Below are positions 31,596-44,064 of a stretch of DNA of 64,000 nucleotides, piece by piece (position 1 is the first letter of the stretch; every line of letters begins with the position of its first letter). The translations under genes and the position numbers were made by a program. The notes below the pieces were generated by a model. It saw only the letters and a program-made list of their open reading frames with translations. It did no database searches and had not been told where the DNA came from. The stretch comes from Eledone cirrhosa (taxonomy: Eukaryota), in assembly GCA_964016885.1 (NCBI GenBank), contig OZ024755.1, positions 7,006,001 through 7,070,000 of the forward strand, in the 5' to 3' direction.

Positions 31596-31940
31596 TTCAA
31601 AGGAATATAGATTAAAATAATGAGATAATGTTACATAATATAATGTTCCATATATTGATTTTTACTATGGTGTCTTGGTTGTTCCTTGTGAAATTTGTGG
31701 TCTTGTGCTTAACTAATGAATATTTCCAGCTCTACGCACCTAACTTCTGCATGAACCCAGCCACCTAGCTGCTTTCTACTGCATATTGCACATTGAGCAC
31801 ATGTCTTTACACTTTGGCTTCTAACTAATTCACCATTCTCTCCTCTCATATCTCCTCTCCTATCTCCATCTCTCTCTTTAAGATTGGTTACTCTTGAACT
31901 GTATATATATATATATATATATATATATTATGTATGTATG

Positions 31941-31986
<46 letters not shown>

Positions 31987-32066
31987 GTGGAAAGTTACAT
32001 AATACTAAACAATGCAAAATAGACGGTAATCTTTATTTTGTTTATTTATTGTTGTTGTTTCTTTCG

Positions 32067-32106
32067 TCCTAATATTTCGGGGCTTAAAATTCCCTTCTTC
32101 AGGGGA
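32067..32106 (-). ncRNA. Degenerate hammerhead motif
   Basis: tccc CTGAAGA agggaattttaagcccc GAAA tat TA gga; stems I and III are weak. Confidence 0.4.
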
Positions 32107-32249
32107 TAAGTAACTCTCAGAGAAACAGGGTTCGGTTTCTTCTATGTGGAATTAAATTATATATATATATATGGGGGGGGGGTATATATATATAAATATA
32201 TATATACATATATATATATATATAATACACACACACATATATATAAATA

Positions 32250-32288
<39 letters not shown>

Positions 32289-32437
32289 ATTTTTAGTATA
32301 TGTTGGTTGTATACCAACAACTCAGTATGCAGATTGGAGCACTCGATGAAGTGCGCAGGTTGGTTTGGTTACTCCGGAGTAATGTAAAATAAAATAAAAT
32401 AAATAAGTCAAATGTTTAAAATTTGGCTTCGTTTATT

Positions 32438-32490
32438 ACTGCTATATATATTTCGGTGACAGCCATCTTTGGCTGTGACCTTCAGGCAGT
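32438..32490 (-). ncRNA. Hammerhead motif paralogous to 30953-31007, with a 2-nt core deletion
   Basis: actgc CTGAAG gtcacagcc aaagat ggctgtcacc GAAA tatata TA gcagt. Confidence 0.65.
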
Positions 32491-32804
32491 CCGAATTAGT
32501 GTGGTATAGACGAGTACACATGTTGTTGAGGTGTATAACTTTGTCAATACTCTGATATGCCCAGTTCCTAGTTGGGTTGTTATTTCACTGAGGAACTGGA
32601 ATCATATGATTTCTCACGATGATTTCTCACGATGATTTCTCACGACGATTTCTCACGAATGGGCTTCTCGATGATTTCTCACGAATGAAACAGTTCTAGT
32701 CCTGTAGAAGCTCTTCTATATTAAAACTTTTATACTCTGCTATGTATTGAGTACCTTACTTACTGAGGTTACCTCGGACTCAAGCCGGATAACTTATATA
32801 TATA

Positions 32805-32961
32805 TAGAAGTGGTTACACAACAGTTAGTTCACCATACCAAGAACAATTGTTTCACCTTAGCGGATCCTCAGATCGTAAGGGTCCATTACGAGCTGAGGA
32901 TCCGCTAAGGTGAAACAATTGTTCTCGGTATGGTGAACTAACTGTTGTGTAACCACTTCTA
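32805..32961. repeat. Palindrome with ~75-bp arms, each carrying a hammerhead
   Basis: 32805-32879 is the reverse complement of 32887-32961. Confidence 0.9.
32890..32927 (+). ncRNA. Minimal type-I hammerhead ribozyme; an inverted copy lies at 32839-32876 on the minus strand
   Basis: cgag CTGAGGA tccgctaaggt GAAA caattg TT ctcg. Stem III is the palindrome caattg and the cleavage triplet is GUU. Confidence 0.75.
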
Positions 32962-33022
32962 CCTAACTCGTCCCATGGACTGAGTGCTCTACCACTACAT
33001 ATATTACCTTCCAGTGTTCTAC

Positions 33023-33061
<39 letters not shown>

Positions 33062-33552
33062 TCCCGAGTTCGATCCCACCGCGTGGTACTTTGGGTATGT
33101 GTCTTTTACCATAGCCTAGAGTCAACCCATAACTTATAAATGAAATTGGGTAGACAGTAACTGTTTGGAAGCCCGTTGAATGGACGGATGGTCTGTAACT
33201 ATTTGAAAGGGCCATCATTGGCACAAACTGTGTTATGCTGAATCTTCCTGAGATTTATGTTAAATGGTACACGTGTCTGTGGAATGTTCTGCCACTTATA
33301 TATTCATTTCATGAACATGTTGTTCTGTTGATCGAACAACTGAAACACTCATCGTCGAAACCGACGTATGTCCATTGTTTCCTATCTAAATCCAAGCAAG
33401 ATTATCTTAGCTGAACTTAACTATTCATTGGTGTCGGCTTTACGTAGCTGTAACACTTCATTCTCTGTAAACCTGCTAATGCCAGGGACATAACTCTATG
33501 AAATGTGTGATTTATTTCCCTTGGCACATTGGTTTGATAATATTATTTCTGT

Positions 33553-34165
33553 GGGCGGTGGATTGGCAGTCGGACGCCATGCTTTGACGCAGAGTTACGG
33601 CCCTTGCCATTCTGAGTTCAAATCCCGCCGAGGTTAACTTTGCCTTTCATCCTTACGGGGTCGATAAAATAAAGTACCAGTAATACACTGGGTAATTGCT
33701 GGCTTTGTGCCTAACGTAGAAACAATTATTTCTGTGGGCGATGGATTGGCAGTATCGGTAGAGCGACGGACACCATGCTTCACAGCATAGAGTTATGGCG
33801 TTGCCGTTCTGAGTTAAAATCCCGCCGAGGTTAACTTTGCCTTACATCTTTACAGGGTCGATAAAATAAAGTACCAGTAATGCACTGGGATAATTGCTGG
33901 CCTTGTGCCAAAAATAGAAACAATTATTTCTGTTATATTAGGGAGGTGGATTGGCAGAATCGGTAGAGCGTCGGACACCATGCTTTGACGCATAGAGTTA
34001 AGGCCTTGTCATTCTGAGTTCAACTTTGCCGAGGTTAGCTTTGCCTTTCATCCTTACAGAGTCGATAAAATAAAGTACCAGTCATGAACTGAGTCGAAGT
34101 CGATTTAATCAACTTTCCTCTTCCCCAAATTGCTGGCCTTGTGCCTAAATCAGAAACCCTTATTT
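33553..34165 (+). mobile_element. Head-to-tail trimer of tRNA-derived SINE family 1
   Basis: Three units of ggcggtggattggcagtatcggtagagc...gagttcaaatcccgccgagg...aaagtaccagt...gaaacaattatt, each with A- and B-box-like motifs. Confidence 0.9.
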
Positions 34166-35169
34166 ACGTTATATTGTTTTCATCAATTTACAAAATTAAA
34201 AAACAAAATTAAGATATAAATATAAACAGCATATTAAACAAATAACAAACAAAATGTATTTATATTTTTAATTAGAAGACAGTAATTATTTAAAAATTTA
34301 ATAATCTACTATTTTAGTGATTTTGTGAATAATATACATGATTGGTAGAGGGACGGATAAGATGCCTTGTGGTAGTTGTTCCAATACTCTGCACAAGAGT
34401 TCAAATCCCTAAGTCAACTTTGCTTTTCGTCCTTTCGGTTTGGGTAACTAAAAACAAAAACAGTAGATGACAGTGGATCGGCAGAATTGTTAGAGCGTCA
34501 AGCATGGTACCTTGTGTTTATTTCAGCCCTTTGTCTTCTGAGTTCGACTGAGGTGTTACTGGTGCTGAGCTGTATATACCATGCCTACCCCTTAAACATC
34601 ATATATTGTGTTTTAGTAATATTTATTAATTAGAAAAATGTCACAACCACCGGGATAGAGAAAATCCAATGTCGAAGATACCTTTGGACCGGGTTATGTG
34701 TTATTTCCTTGAGCAAGACAATTTATTTCACGTTGCTCCAGTGGTCTGAGGACTTATCATTGCTTTCTTTTGTGTTATGTTATCGAAAGCTCTGAGGCTG
34801 TTTCACGTTTTTTTTACCCTAGAATGAGACTGAATGTCTTCTTTCAGTTCAGAACTGGGCTGTTATTAGTTAAATTTATTGAACATATTGATTAATATTT
34901 ATACGAGTATTTATTTTGCCTGCTGAGTTTAAATATTCAATGTCGTCAGTTTTATACACAGATGGCTATATTCAGTGTATATATAATTTGGTTAACGATC
35001 TGTGGAAGTGGGTCGTACTTTTCTCAGTGTGAAAACTAATAAACAGCTTTCGAATAGGGCGGATAAGTTGTTTATCTAAAGAACAGAACTAAACATACCA
35101 TTAATCCTCTCAGCCATTGCAATTCCACAAAAATACACAGAACAATGAGCCATTCACGTCATAGGAATA

Positions 35170-35175
35170 TTTATT
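35170..35175 (-). terminator. Candidate polyadenylation signal AATAAA of the His-rich gene
   Basis: tttatt on the + strand about 190 bp past the stop codon, in AT-rich UTR-like sequence. Alternative sites lie at 34875 and 34910. Confidence 0.45.
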
Positions 35176-35360
35176 TACTAAAAGTGGGTTTTCATAAAAT
35201 AACAATTTCTTGAAAAATATGGGAGAATTTTGTTCATTGCTTTGGTTGAAAAAAATGTTCAGGATATCACAGTTTTGTAATAAATGTTATTGAAATTTAA
35301 GTAACTGATACTATTAAGGTTTTTCTGTAACATTAATGAACAGAAAAGCAATCTATTTTC

Positions 35361-38137
35361 TCAACCCTCGTCATGTTTATGTACCTTTTCTTCTTCTCTG
35401 TGAGCTCCGTAATGTGTACGAAGTGGAGCAGTATTTCCAATTAAATCTAGGTCACTGCGCATGTCATCAGATTCATGTTCGTGTACAGGTGAGACATGTT
35501 TTCGGGCCTCTTCCACTGTAATTACACCCACACCTTCTTCGGAAGATTTACCCAATTTCTTGTTTTTTATCACGCCTGATTCAGTGTGATCATTATCTTC
35601 CTCTGCTGTGTCAATATTCAGGAGAGGATTGAAATACTTCACTTTCATGTTATGAATTGTTTTATAAATAGAATATAAATATCCACTGATCCTGCTTTCT
35701 TCCACTTCCTTTACGTTTTCTTCTAATTCTTTCCTTTTTCCATTTTTTACTTTGATTTTTCTCTTTGAAAATCTTGCTCCAGTAGATGCCTTATTTTTGG
35801 TTAAACTTTCTTGTAAAGAATCAATGTCAGGACCTAGAACACTTCCAGGCTGTGAAAGGGTTTTTTTATTTTTGTTATTTTCATGATCGTGTTTAGAACT
35901 GGGGCTTCCATCTCCGTGTACCAGAAGACCATGCATTAACTCGTCGGCATCTCTAGGGAGGGTTGGTTCGTCTGATTTATGAAGCTTCTTGAATTTCTTC
36001 TCATCTTCATGGACATGACTTTCCCCAGGCTTAGCATCATTATGCATGAGAACTCCGTGAAGATAATCGTAGTCCATATGATTGCTGGCAGTTTTTTCTA
36101 TTTTATTCTTTTTACCAGTATTTTCGTCTTCATTGGAATGACTGTGGTGGTTTTTACCAGGTTCTGTGTCGCCGTGCATCATTACACCGTGTAAATAGTC
36201 TTCATAGTCTTGAACACCAATTTTACCTTTAAATTTAGGATGTACAGGAACTTTTGCATTGTCCTCAGTGTGATGTTCAATGCCAGGTTGGTCATCCCCG
36301 TGCATAAAGATCCCATGAAAATAATCAAGTATACTTTGGGGACCAAATGTGGCAGCATTTTTATTGTCATTGATCTTTGCTGAGTCCCCATGATCGTGAC
36401 TGTGGTCCTTTCCTGGGGTTTTATCTCCATGCATCATAACACCGTGCATTTGTTGTTCTATGTCCAAGGGCCCTGCTTTTGTGTCTGTGGATCTAACTTT
36501 CCCAGGGTCACCATGATCGTGAGTGTGGTCCTTACCTGGAGCCTCATCACCATGCATCATAACGCCATGCATTTGTTGTTCTATGTCCAAGGGCCCTGCT
36601 TTTGTGTCTGTAGATCTAGCTTTCTCAGGGTCACCATGATCGTGACTGTGGTCCCTTACCTGGAGCCTTATCACCATGCATCATAACGCCATGCATTTGT
36701 TGTTCTATGTCCAAGGGCCCTGCTTTTGTGTCTGTAGATCTAGCTTTCCCAGGGTCACCATGATCGTGACTGTGGTCCTTACCTGGAGCCTTATCACCAT
36801 GCATCATAACGCCATGCATTTGTTGTTCTATGTCCAAGGGCCCTGCTTTTGTGTCTGTAGATCTAGCTTTCCCAGGGTCACCATGATCGTGACTGTGGTC
36901 CTTACCTGGAGCCTTATCACCATGCATCATAACGCCATGCATTTGTTGTTCTATGTCCAAGGGCCCTGCTTTTGTGTCTGTAGATCTAACTTTCCCAGGG
37001 TCACCATGATCGTGACTGTGGTCCTTACCTGGAGCCTTATCACCATGCATCATAACGCCATGCATTTGTTGTTCTATGTCCAAGGGCCCTGCTTTTGTGT
37101 CTGTAGATCTAGCTTTCCCAGGTCACCATGATCGTGACTGTGTGTCCTTACCTGGAGCCTTATCACCATGCATCATAACGCCATGCATTTGTTGTTCTAT
37201 GTCCAAGGGCCCTGTTTTTGTGTCTGTGGATCTAGCTTTCCCAGGGTCTCATGAACGTGACTATGTTCCTTTCCTTGCTCTTTATCCCCATGCATCATAA
37301 CACCATGCATTTGTTCACTAACATCAAGAGGCCCTGCTTTTGTATCTGAGGGTACCACTTTGCCCAGGGTCCCCATGATCGTGGCTGTGTTCCTTTCCTT
37401 GCTCTTTATCCCCATGCATCATAACACCTTGCATTTGTTCACTAACATCAAGAGGCCCTGCTTTTGTATCTGAGGGTACCACTTTGCCAGGGTCCCCATG
37501 ATCGTGGCTGTGTTCCTTTCCTTGCTCTTTATCCCCATGCATCATAACACCATGCATTTGTTCACTAACATCAAGAGGCCCTGCTTTTGTATCTGAGGGT
37601 ACCACTTTCCCAGGGTCCCCATGATCGTGGCTGTGTTCCTTTCCTTGCTCTTTATCCCATGCATCATAACACCATGCATTTGTTCACTAACATCAAGAGG
37701 CCCTGCTTTTGTATCTGAGGGTACCACTTTCCCAGGGTCCCCATGATCGTGGCTGTGTTCCTTTCCTTGCTCTTTATCCCCATGCATCAAAACACCATGC
37801 ATTTGTTCACTAACATCAAGAGGCCCTGCTTTTGTATCTGAGGGTACCACTTTGCCAGGGTCCCCATGATCGTGGCTGTGTTCCTTTCCTTGCTCTTTAT
37901 CCCCATGCATCATAACACCATGCATGCTATCAGCAACAGTTTTGGGTCCGTTGAGAATATTTCCAGCCATACCGTCACCATCGCCACCGTCGCCGCCACC
38001 ACCAGCGCCGTCTGGCGGAACATTAGCCTGTACATCCGGGACATTTTGATCGATGACCATTTCCTTGACCAGTTCCTGTTGACCACCATCAACTACAGCC
38101 GGACTGTCTTCGTATTTCAGTTCTGTTGTATTGGTAT
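35361..38137 (-). CDS. Large terminal exon of the His/Met-rich repeat protein (about 925 aa; about six 1-bp indels within the repeat array)
   Basis: The acceptor ctctctattacag|ATACC (phase 1, g|at = Asp) opens a complex non-microsatellite ORF. The ORF track shows it as pieces 37542-38501, 37324-37605, 37197-37415, 36631-37083 and 35361-36677. The first and last pieces share a frame, so the indels sum to zero. It ends KVHKHDEG-TGA. Confidence 0.85.
36380..37925 (-). repeat. Coding tandem repeat, 123 bp / 41 aa, about 13 units of two subtypes
   Basis: Type A is HGVMMHGDKEQGKEHSHDHGDPGKVVPSDTKAGPLDVSEQM (about 6 units, 5' side). Type B is HGVMMHGDKAPGKDHSHDHGDPGKARSTDTKAGPLDIEQQM (about 7 units). 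The motif gcatcataac recurs every ~123 bp. Confidence 0.95.
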
Positions 38138-38221
38138 CTGTAATAGAGAGAGTAGAGGGCACAGTTAACATTACACTATAGGGGTAAGTGTAAGGGTAAG
38201 GGTAAGATGAATGGAGGAGAG

Positions 38222-38421
38222 NNNNNNNNNNNNNNNNNNNNNNNNNNNNNNNNNNNNNNNNNNNNNNNNNNNNNNNNNNNNNNNNNNNNNNNNNNNNNNN
38301 NNNNNNNNNNNNNNNNNNNNNNNNNNNNNNNNNNNNNNNNNNNNNNNNNNNNNNNNNNNNNNNNNNNNNNNNNNNNNNNNNNNNNNNNNNNNNNNNNNNN
38401 NNNNNNNNNNNNNNNNNNNNN
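38222..38421. other. Assembly gap (200 N)
   Basis: Run of N bases. Confidence 1.
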
Positions 38422-38504
38422 ATAGATAAAGAAATATATAGAGAGAGAGGGAGAGAGAACGAAATAGATAGAGAATGAGATGGAGGGGGGGGATATATCA
38501 AAAC

Positions 38505-39238
38505 ATATCTAGTTTATCAAGTTTATTAATATTACCAATCGTTAATTTAGTTAAAATGTTTCAAGAGGAATGTCCAATACAGACGTGTTTATGAATTATT
38601 AATAAATACATTCTCAACATAGAAAGATATGAACAGAATTAATTTATGGATATTAATAAGACTGCTGTTAATTAGGTGGCGTATGATGAAACACATTATA
38701 TATATATATAACACATTATATATATATATAACACATTATATATATATATAACACATTATATTTATATATATGAAACACATTATATATATATATAACACAT
38801 TATATATATATATGAAACACATTATATATATATAACCAAAGAATTATATATATATATATATATTCAAAACAACGAACAGCGGAGGACACGTTTCGCACCT
38901 TTCCGACAGACAACCTTTCCCCCACCCCGGAAAAAAAACCCAGTTGATGGATGTGAATCTGAAATATATAGGGACAATTAAATCTCTCCCAAGGTAACTC
39001 TCTCTCGTGTTGTTATTTTTATTTTGATCCTTTACGCTCTTTCCTTCATTCCTCTACACGTCTTATACACGCCACGTATCTCAACGTACACCCCACTTAC
39101 ATCTCTCTCTCCACCACCGGATCTTGTTACCCGGAGATTTACCCATTTGCATTGTCGAGGCTTCCAAACGACTTAAAGAAATTTACCTTATTATTCCACA
39201 ATGCTTCAAGCAAACTTCAATACTCTCATATACATATA

Positions 39239-39297
<59 letters not shown>

Positions 39298-39654
39298 ATA
39301 TTTTCGCTCTACATGGCTGAATACAATAAACGTAATCTGAGTTTTTCGAATATTAATAATAACATTCGATTCGTTTGCAATTATGCAAACAAGCCTCAAT
39401 TTTATAGCCATGTCAGTAGAATGAACCCTTCATTCTTGCTCTTATGTTGGCATGTAAACAGAACTGCAGACACCAATGTTTCTGAGTATCACCCTTCATC
39501 AGTACAGCTCACTGTTCACCTGCCAAACTGTCAGAGCTAGTGAAAATATATGCTATTTTCAAAATTGAGGCTTGCAAACGAATCGAATGTTATTATTAAT
39601 ATTTTAAAAACTCAGATTACATTTATTGTATTCAGCCATGTAAAGCGAAAATTT

Positions 39655-39704
<50 letters not shown>

Positions 39705-39998
39705 CTTTGGTTATATATATATATAATGTGTTTCATCATACGCCACCTAATTAATAGCAGTCTTATTAATATCCATAAATTAATTCTGTTCATATCTTTC
39801 TATGTATCATCGTTTATCTATGCTTCTGTTATTACCAATCGTTAATTTAGTTAAAATTAAAATGTTTCAAGCGGAATGTTCAATACAGACGTATTTCTAT
39901 GAAGTATTAATAAATACATTCTCAACATAGAAAGATATGAACAGAATTAATTTATGGATGTTAATAAGTCTGCTGTTAATTAGGTGGTGTATGATGAA
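38505..39998. repeat. Nested inverted and direct duplications
   Basis: 38617-38850 is the inverse of 39700-39805. 38505-38690 repeats directly at 39815-39998, with a diverged copy at 45120-45290. An inner inverted repeat (39292-39403 and 39561-39660) encloses the GUC hammerhead. Confidence 0.8.
39461..39510 (-). ncRNA. Type-I hammerhead ribozyme with canonical GUC cleavage site
   Basis: gagctgta CTGATGA agggtgatactca GAAA ca ttgg t GTC tgcagttc. Stem I is 8 bp, stem II 4 bp and stem III 3 bp. Confidence 0.85.
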
Positions 39999-40252
39999 GG
40001 ACTTCTGGTGTCAAGATTTGGCTCCGGTCTTGATGGGGTGGAACACAAGATAACATTGATGTTAAGTTTATATTTTACAGCAATAATAATGGTTTCTGGT
40101 ATAGGCACAAGGCCAACAATTGTTGTTGTTGTGGTGGGTGGTGATGGTGTTGGCACAAGACCAGCAATAATCCCAGTGTATTACTGGTACTTTATTTTAT
40201 CGACTCCGTAAGGATGAAAGGTAAAGTTAACCTCGGTGGAATTTGAACTCAA

Positions 40253-40630
40253 GAAAGAGTTGTCTGTCCACAATTAAATGCAGCCAACATATATATTATG
40301 GTAACGAAAGAGTTATGGCTGTCCACAATTAAATATAATCAACATATATATTATGTAACGAAAGAGTTCTCTCTATACTGGAACTGCTATACTTCCATAA
40401 GAAATATGGTAACGAAAGAGTTCTGTCTATACTTCCATTAGTAATATGGTAACGAAAGAGTTCAGGCTATGCTTCCATAAGAATATGGTAACGAAAGAGT
40501 TCAGGCTATACTTCCATTTGTAATATGGTAACGAAAGAGTTCAGGCTATGCTTCCATAAGTAATATGGTAACGAAAGAGTTCTGTCTATACTTCCATAAG
40601 TAATATGGTAACGAAAGAGTTCTGTCTACA
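40253..40630 (-). repeat. Minisatellite (55-bp and 40-bp units) fused to the 3' half of a SINE
   Basis: The core atatggtaacgaaagagtt recurs about 8 times; same family as 56187-56730. Confidence 0.9.
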
Positions 40631-40787
40631 CAAAAGTTACCATAACTGAACCTATCAACACAATAAGTACCTCTATTAACTAAATATTACTTACAATTCA
40701 GTGACTCACTATATTTAGCGACTGATGCTTGCCTAGTCTGGTAGACACGTGAACTAACTTCCACAAGCATCATTTCAATGTGTGAGC

Positions 40788-40822
<35 letters not shown>

Positions 40823-41139
40823 TGTTTGTTTGCATGTGTGCTGTGTGTGTTGTGTGCGGAGGAGGTATGTTGTGTGTGTTTAACGTGTGTTGACTATTTA
40901 TACGCATTTAATACTGCCGCGTGTAACTGCATGTGAGTGTATATATATCATATACTCACGTTATATCTATTGAATGCTCATTCAGTCAATATTGACTGTT
41001 TTATATATACACACACACACACACACACGTGTGTATATATGTGTGTGTGTGTGTGTGTGTGTGCGTGTGTGCGTGTGTATGTAGGTATACATATATATAT
41101 ATACATATATATAAATATACATATGTATATATACATACA

Positions 41140-41276
<137 letters not shown>

Positions 41277-41500
41277 ATATATATTTATATATATACATAC
41301 ATATGCATATATGTATGTGTATATATGTATATATATATATATATATATTATATACATGTAAGTATGCATGTATACGTACATACATATCTGTATACAGACG
41401 TACAGTAGCATGCACATATACATATATATATATATATATATACACATCTATATACACATATATATACACATATATATACACATATATATACACATATATA

Positions 41501-42251
41501 TGCCTTAACACCGTATGGCATAAATTCAGGCTGTTCAGTTTGTTTACAAACGAACAAAGCGACGTTAGCGCCGCTAAACTGATACGTGCATATATGTATG
41601 TGTACCTGTATGCATATGTATATATATGTGTATATATATATATATATATATGTATATGTGCATGCTACTGTACGTCTGTATACATATATGTATGTACGTA
41701 TACATGCATACTTACATTTAAGTAAGTGCCATACTAAGAGTGAGAAATGAAATTTCGTTTTCATTTTGTTTCAATTTATCGTTTTCGGTATGCCTAACCG
41801 ATTTAACTCACTCAATATGCAAATTAGGCTGCTCAGCCGTTAATTTTCATAAGGAAAGTATATACTTTCGAACGTTCAACTATCTGGCAGATGGGTAAAC
41901 GGTGCTGATGATAGCTAACAAGCTTGAAACTAGTACAATCGTTCCTGTGTCAGTGTTGAACAAAAAGGTGACGTGGTTGCCTTAACACCGTATGGCATAA
42001 ATTCAGGCTGTTCAGTTTGTTTACAAACGAACAAAGCGACGTTAGCGCCGCTAAAACTGATACGTGCATATATGTATGTGTACCTGTATGCATATGTATA
42101 TATATGTGTATATATATATATATATATATGTATATGTGCATGCTACTGTACGTCTGTATACATATATGTATGTACGTATACATGCATACTTACATTTAAG
42201 TAAGTGCCATACTAAGAGTGAGAAATGAAATTTCGTTTTCATTTTGTTTCA

Positions 42252-42258
<7 letters not shown>
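41501..42258 (+). mobile_element. Partial tandem duplication (about 280 bp, period about 478 bp) with a hammerhead just upstream of the second copy
   Basis: 41501-41778 is nearly identical to 41978-42256. The pair is flanked by TA-rich microsatellite and the hammerhead lies at 41898-41943. Confidence 0.75.
41898..41943 (+). ncRNA. Minimal type-I hammerhead ribozyme
   Basis: aacggtg CTGATGA tagctaacaagctt GAAA ctag TA caatcgtt. Stem III is the palindrome ctag and the cleavage triplet is GUA. Confidence 0.8.
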
Positions 42259-42296
<38 letters not shown>

Positions 42297-42536
42297 GCTA
42301 CTTAAAGTTTCAGGCCCAGCAATGACCATATTATCAGTTTGTAAGAGTGATCAACAATTGTGACCTGATCTTCAGGATCTTAGACGAGTTCTGACTATTT
42401 CAATGTATTTACACTGGTGTATATAACTGCATGTTCCGTGTATGAAGATAAATATATAATGTTATATAACAGCTCTCATTCCTGATTGCGCAGCTTTCCT
42501 TTTTCACACCTACGGTTATTTTCTTTATATATTTAT

Positions 42537-42586
<50 letters not shown>

Positions 42587-42587
42587 T

Positions 42588-42640
<53 letters not shown>

Positions 42641-42641
42641 A

Positions 42642-42905
42642 GGTTAAAAGATGAAATCGAAAATGCAACTGGACTCTTTTTAAAAAATATTTATTTGGTT
42701 CCTTTACCGGTTTCGCAGTTCTTCTACTTTTCAAAAGTAGAATAAGATGGAGGGTTTGTGGTTTTTCTCACATCTGAAAAACCACAAACCCTCCATCTTA
42801 TTCTACTTTTGAAAAGCACAAGAACTGCGAAACCGGTAAAGGAACCAAATAAATATTTTAAAAAAAAACTCCAGTTGCATTTTCGTTTTCATCTTTTTTC
42901 CTTAT
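42642..42905. repeat. (TA)n-flanked palindrome, arms about 125 bp (family Z)
   Basis: The arms are reverse-complementary around tcacatct. A solo arm lies at 47349-47478. It contains gcGAAAccggTA, resembling the 3' half of a hammerhead. Confidence 0.85.
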
Positions 42906-42954
42906 ACTTTCACTCGTGTAGGACATCACTTTTTTTATTTTGTAAAAAAAACTC

Positions 42955-43026
<72 letters not shown>

Positions 43027-43029
43027 GTT

Positions 43030-43087
<58 letters not shown>

Positions 43088-44031
43088 AAGAGGATAGATA
43101 GATACACATACATACATACATACATACATACATACATACATACATACATACATACATACATGCATACATACATACATACATACATGCATACATACATACA
43201 TACATACATACATACATACATACATGCATACATGCATACATACATGCATACATACATCTAGATGTGAGAGTTTTTATAAAGATTTGATTTGTGCTAAATA
43301 CTCTCTAAGTATTTTCCCTCAGTTGCTAAAAGACGCTTTATATTCAAAATGGAGGACACTGATCTAACAAGAGACCCTCTGTCAATTCTCAAACTATGAG
43401 AGAATGATGTGATTTAGTCTCCTAACACAACATACCAACCCTACCTCTGGCAAATATTGCCATGCATCGACAAACCCCGTAGCAGTTAGGGTGTTGATGG
43501 CACGATTGCAGTGTTCGTTTTCGAATCCTGGCTTCGTTTTGCTAGACCAGACATCATGTTGTGTTCTTGGTCAAAACAAGCGGCGTAACTCTGGTATGGC
43601 AAGCATGGCACTTGCCATGGGCACAACATGAAGGGGGCGCCACTTGGACTAGGAGCGCGTTCTATTAAAGTCAAGTAAGCCTCGTTGGAGAGTGAAAAAA
43701 GAAACCCCTTCAGATGTATGATCTGTCTCTGATTATCATGGATGAGAACACTATGGTGGCTGGATCATTAAACCATTTATATAAATTATTAGGTAATAAT
43801 ACAGTGCTGTGTAGGGGTGCAATTTCACTGCTTACCATAGATGCTATTTTTCCTGGTCAACTCGGTTAAAACTGAATACCAACTACAACTTGAGTAGTGG
43901 ACATAGGGGTGTTAAACTTACGATGGAATGGTGTCCTGTGATGTACTCCCAGTCGCTTTAATGCCACGAAACGGGTATATGCTCCGGCTTGGTCAGCCTT
44001 CGGGCTTTGGATAGGTTTTAACGTTAAACAT

Positions 44032-44064
<33 letters not shown>

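Larger units (their letters stand above)
30900..32800. mobile_element. Cluster of Penelope-like pseudo-LTR fragments in direct and inverted orientation
   Basis: 30900-31125 repeats directly at 32385-32606. 31130-31270 is the inverse of 32288-32400. 31300-31340 is the inverse of 31670-31716. Four hammerhead motifs fall within the cluster. Confidence 0.65.

Noticed and set aside
33553-34165. tRNA genes
   Set aside because: The A/B boxes belong to SINE heads and no complete cloverleaf could be built. The same applies to 61596-61665.
38138-38501. N-terminal part of ORF 37542-38501
   Set aside because: It runs through the N gap and intronic pyrimidine-rich sequence upstream of the acceptor at 38137.
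42295-42345. Hammerhead-like CTGATAA...GAAActttaagTA on the minus strand
   Set aside because: The core is mutated and stem I does not pair. CTGAGGA at about 31105, 32588 and 34746 likewise lacks a valid downstream topology.
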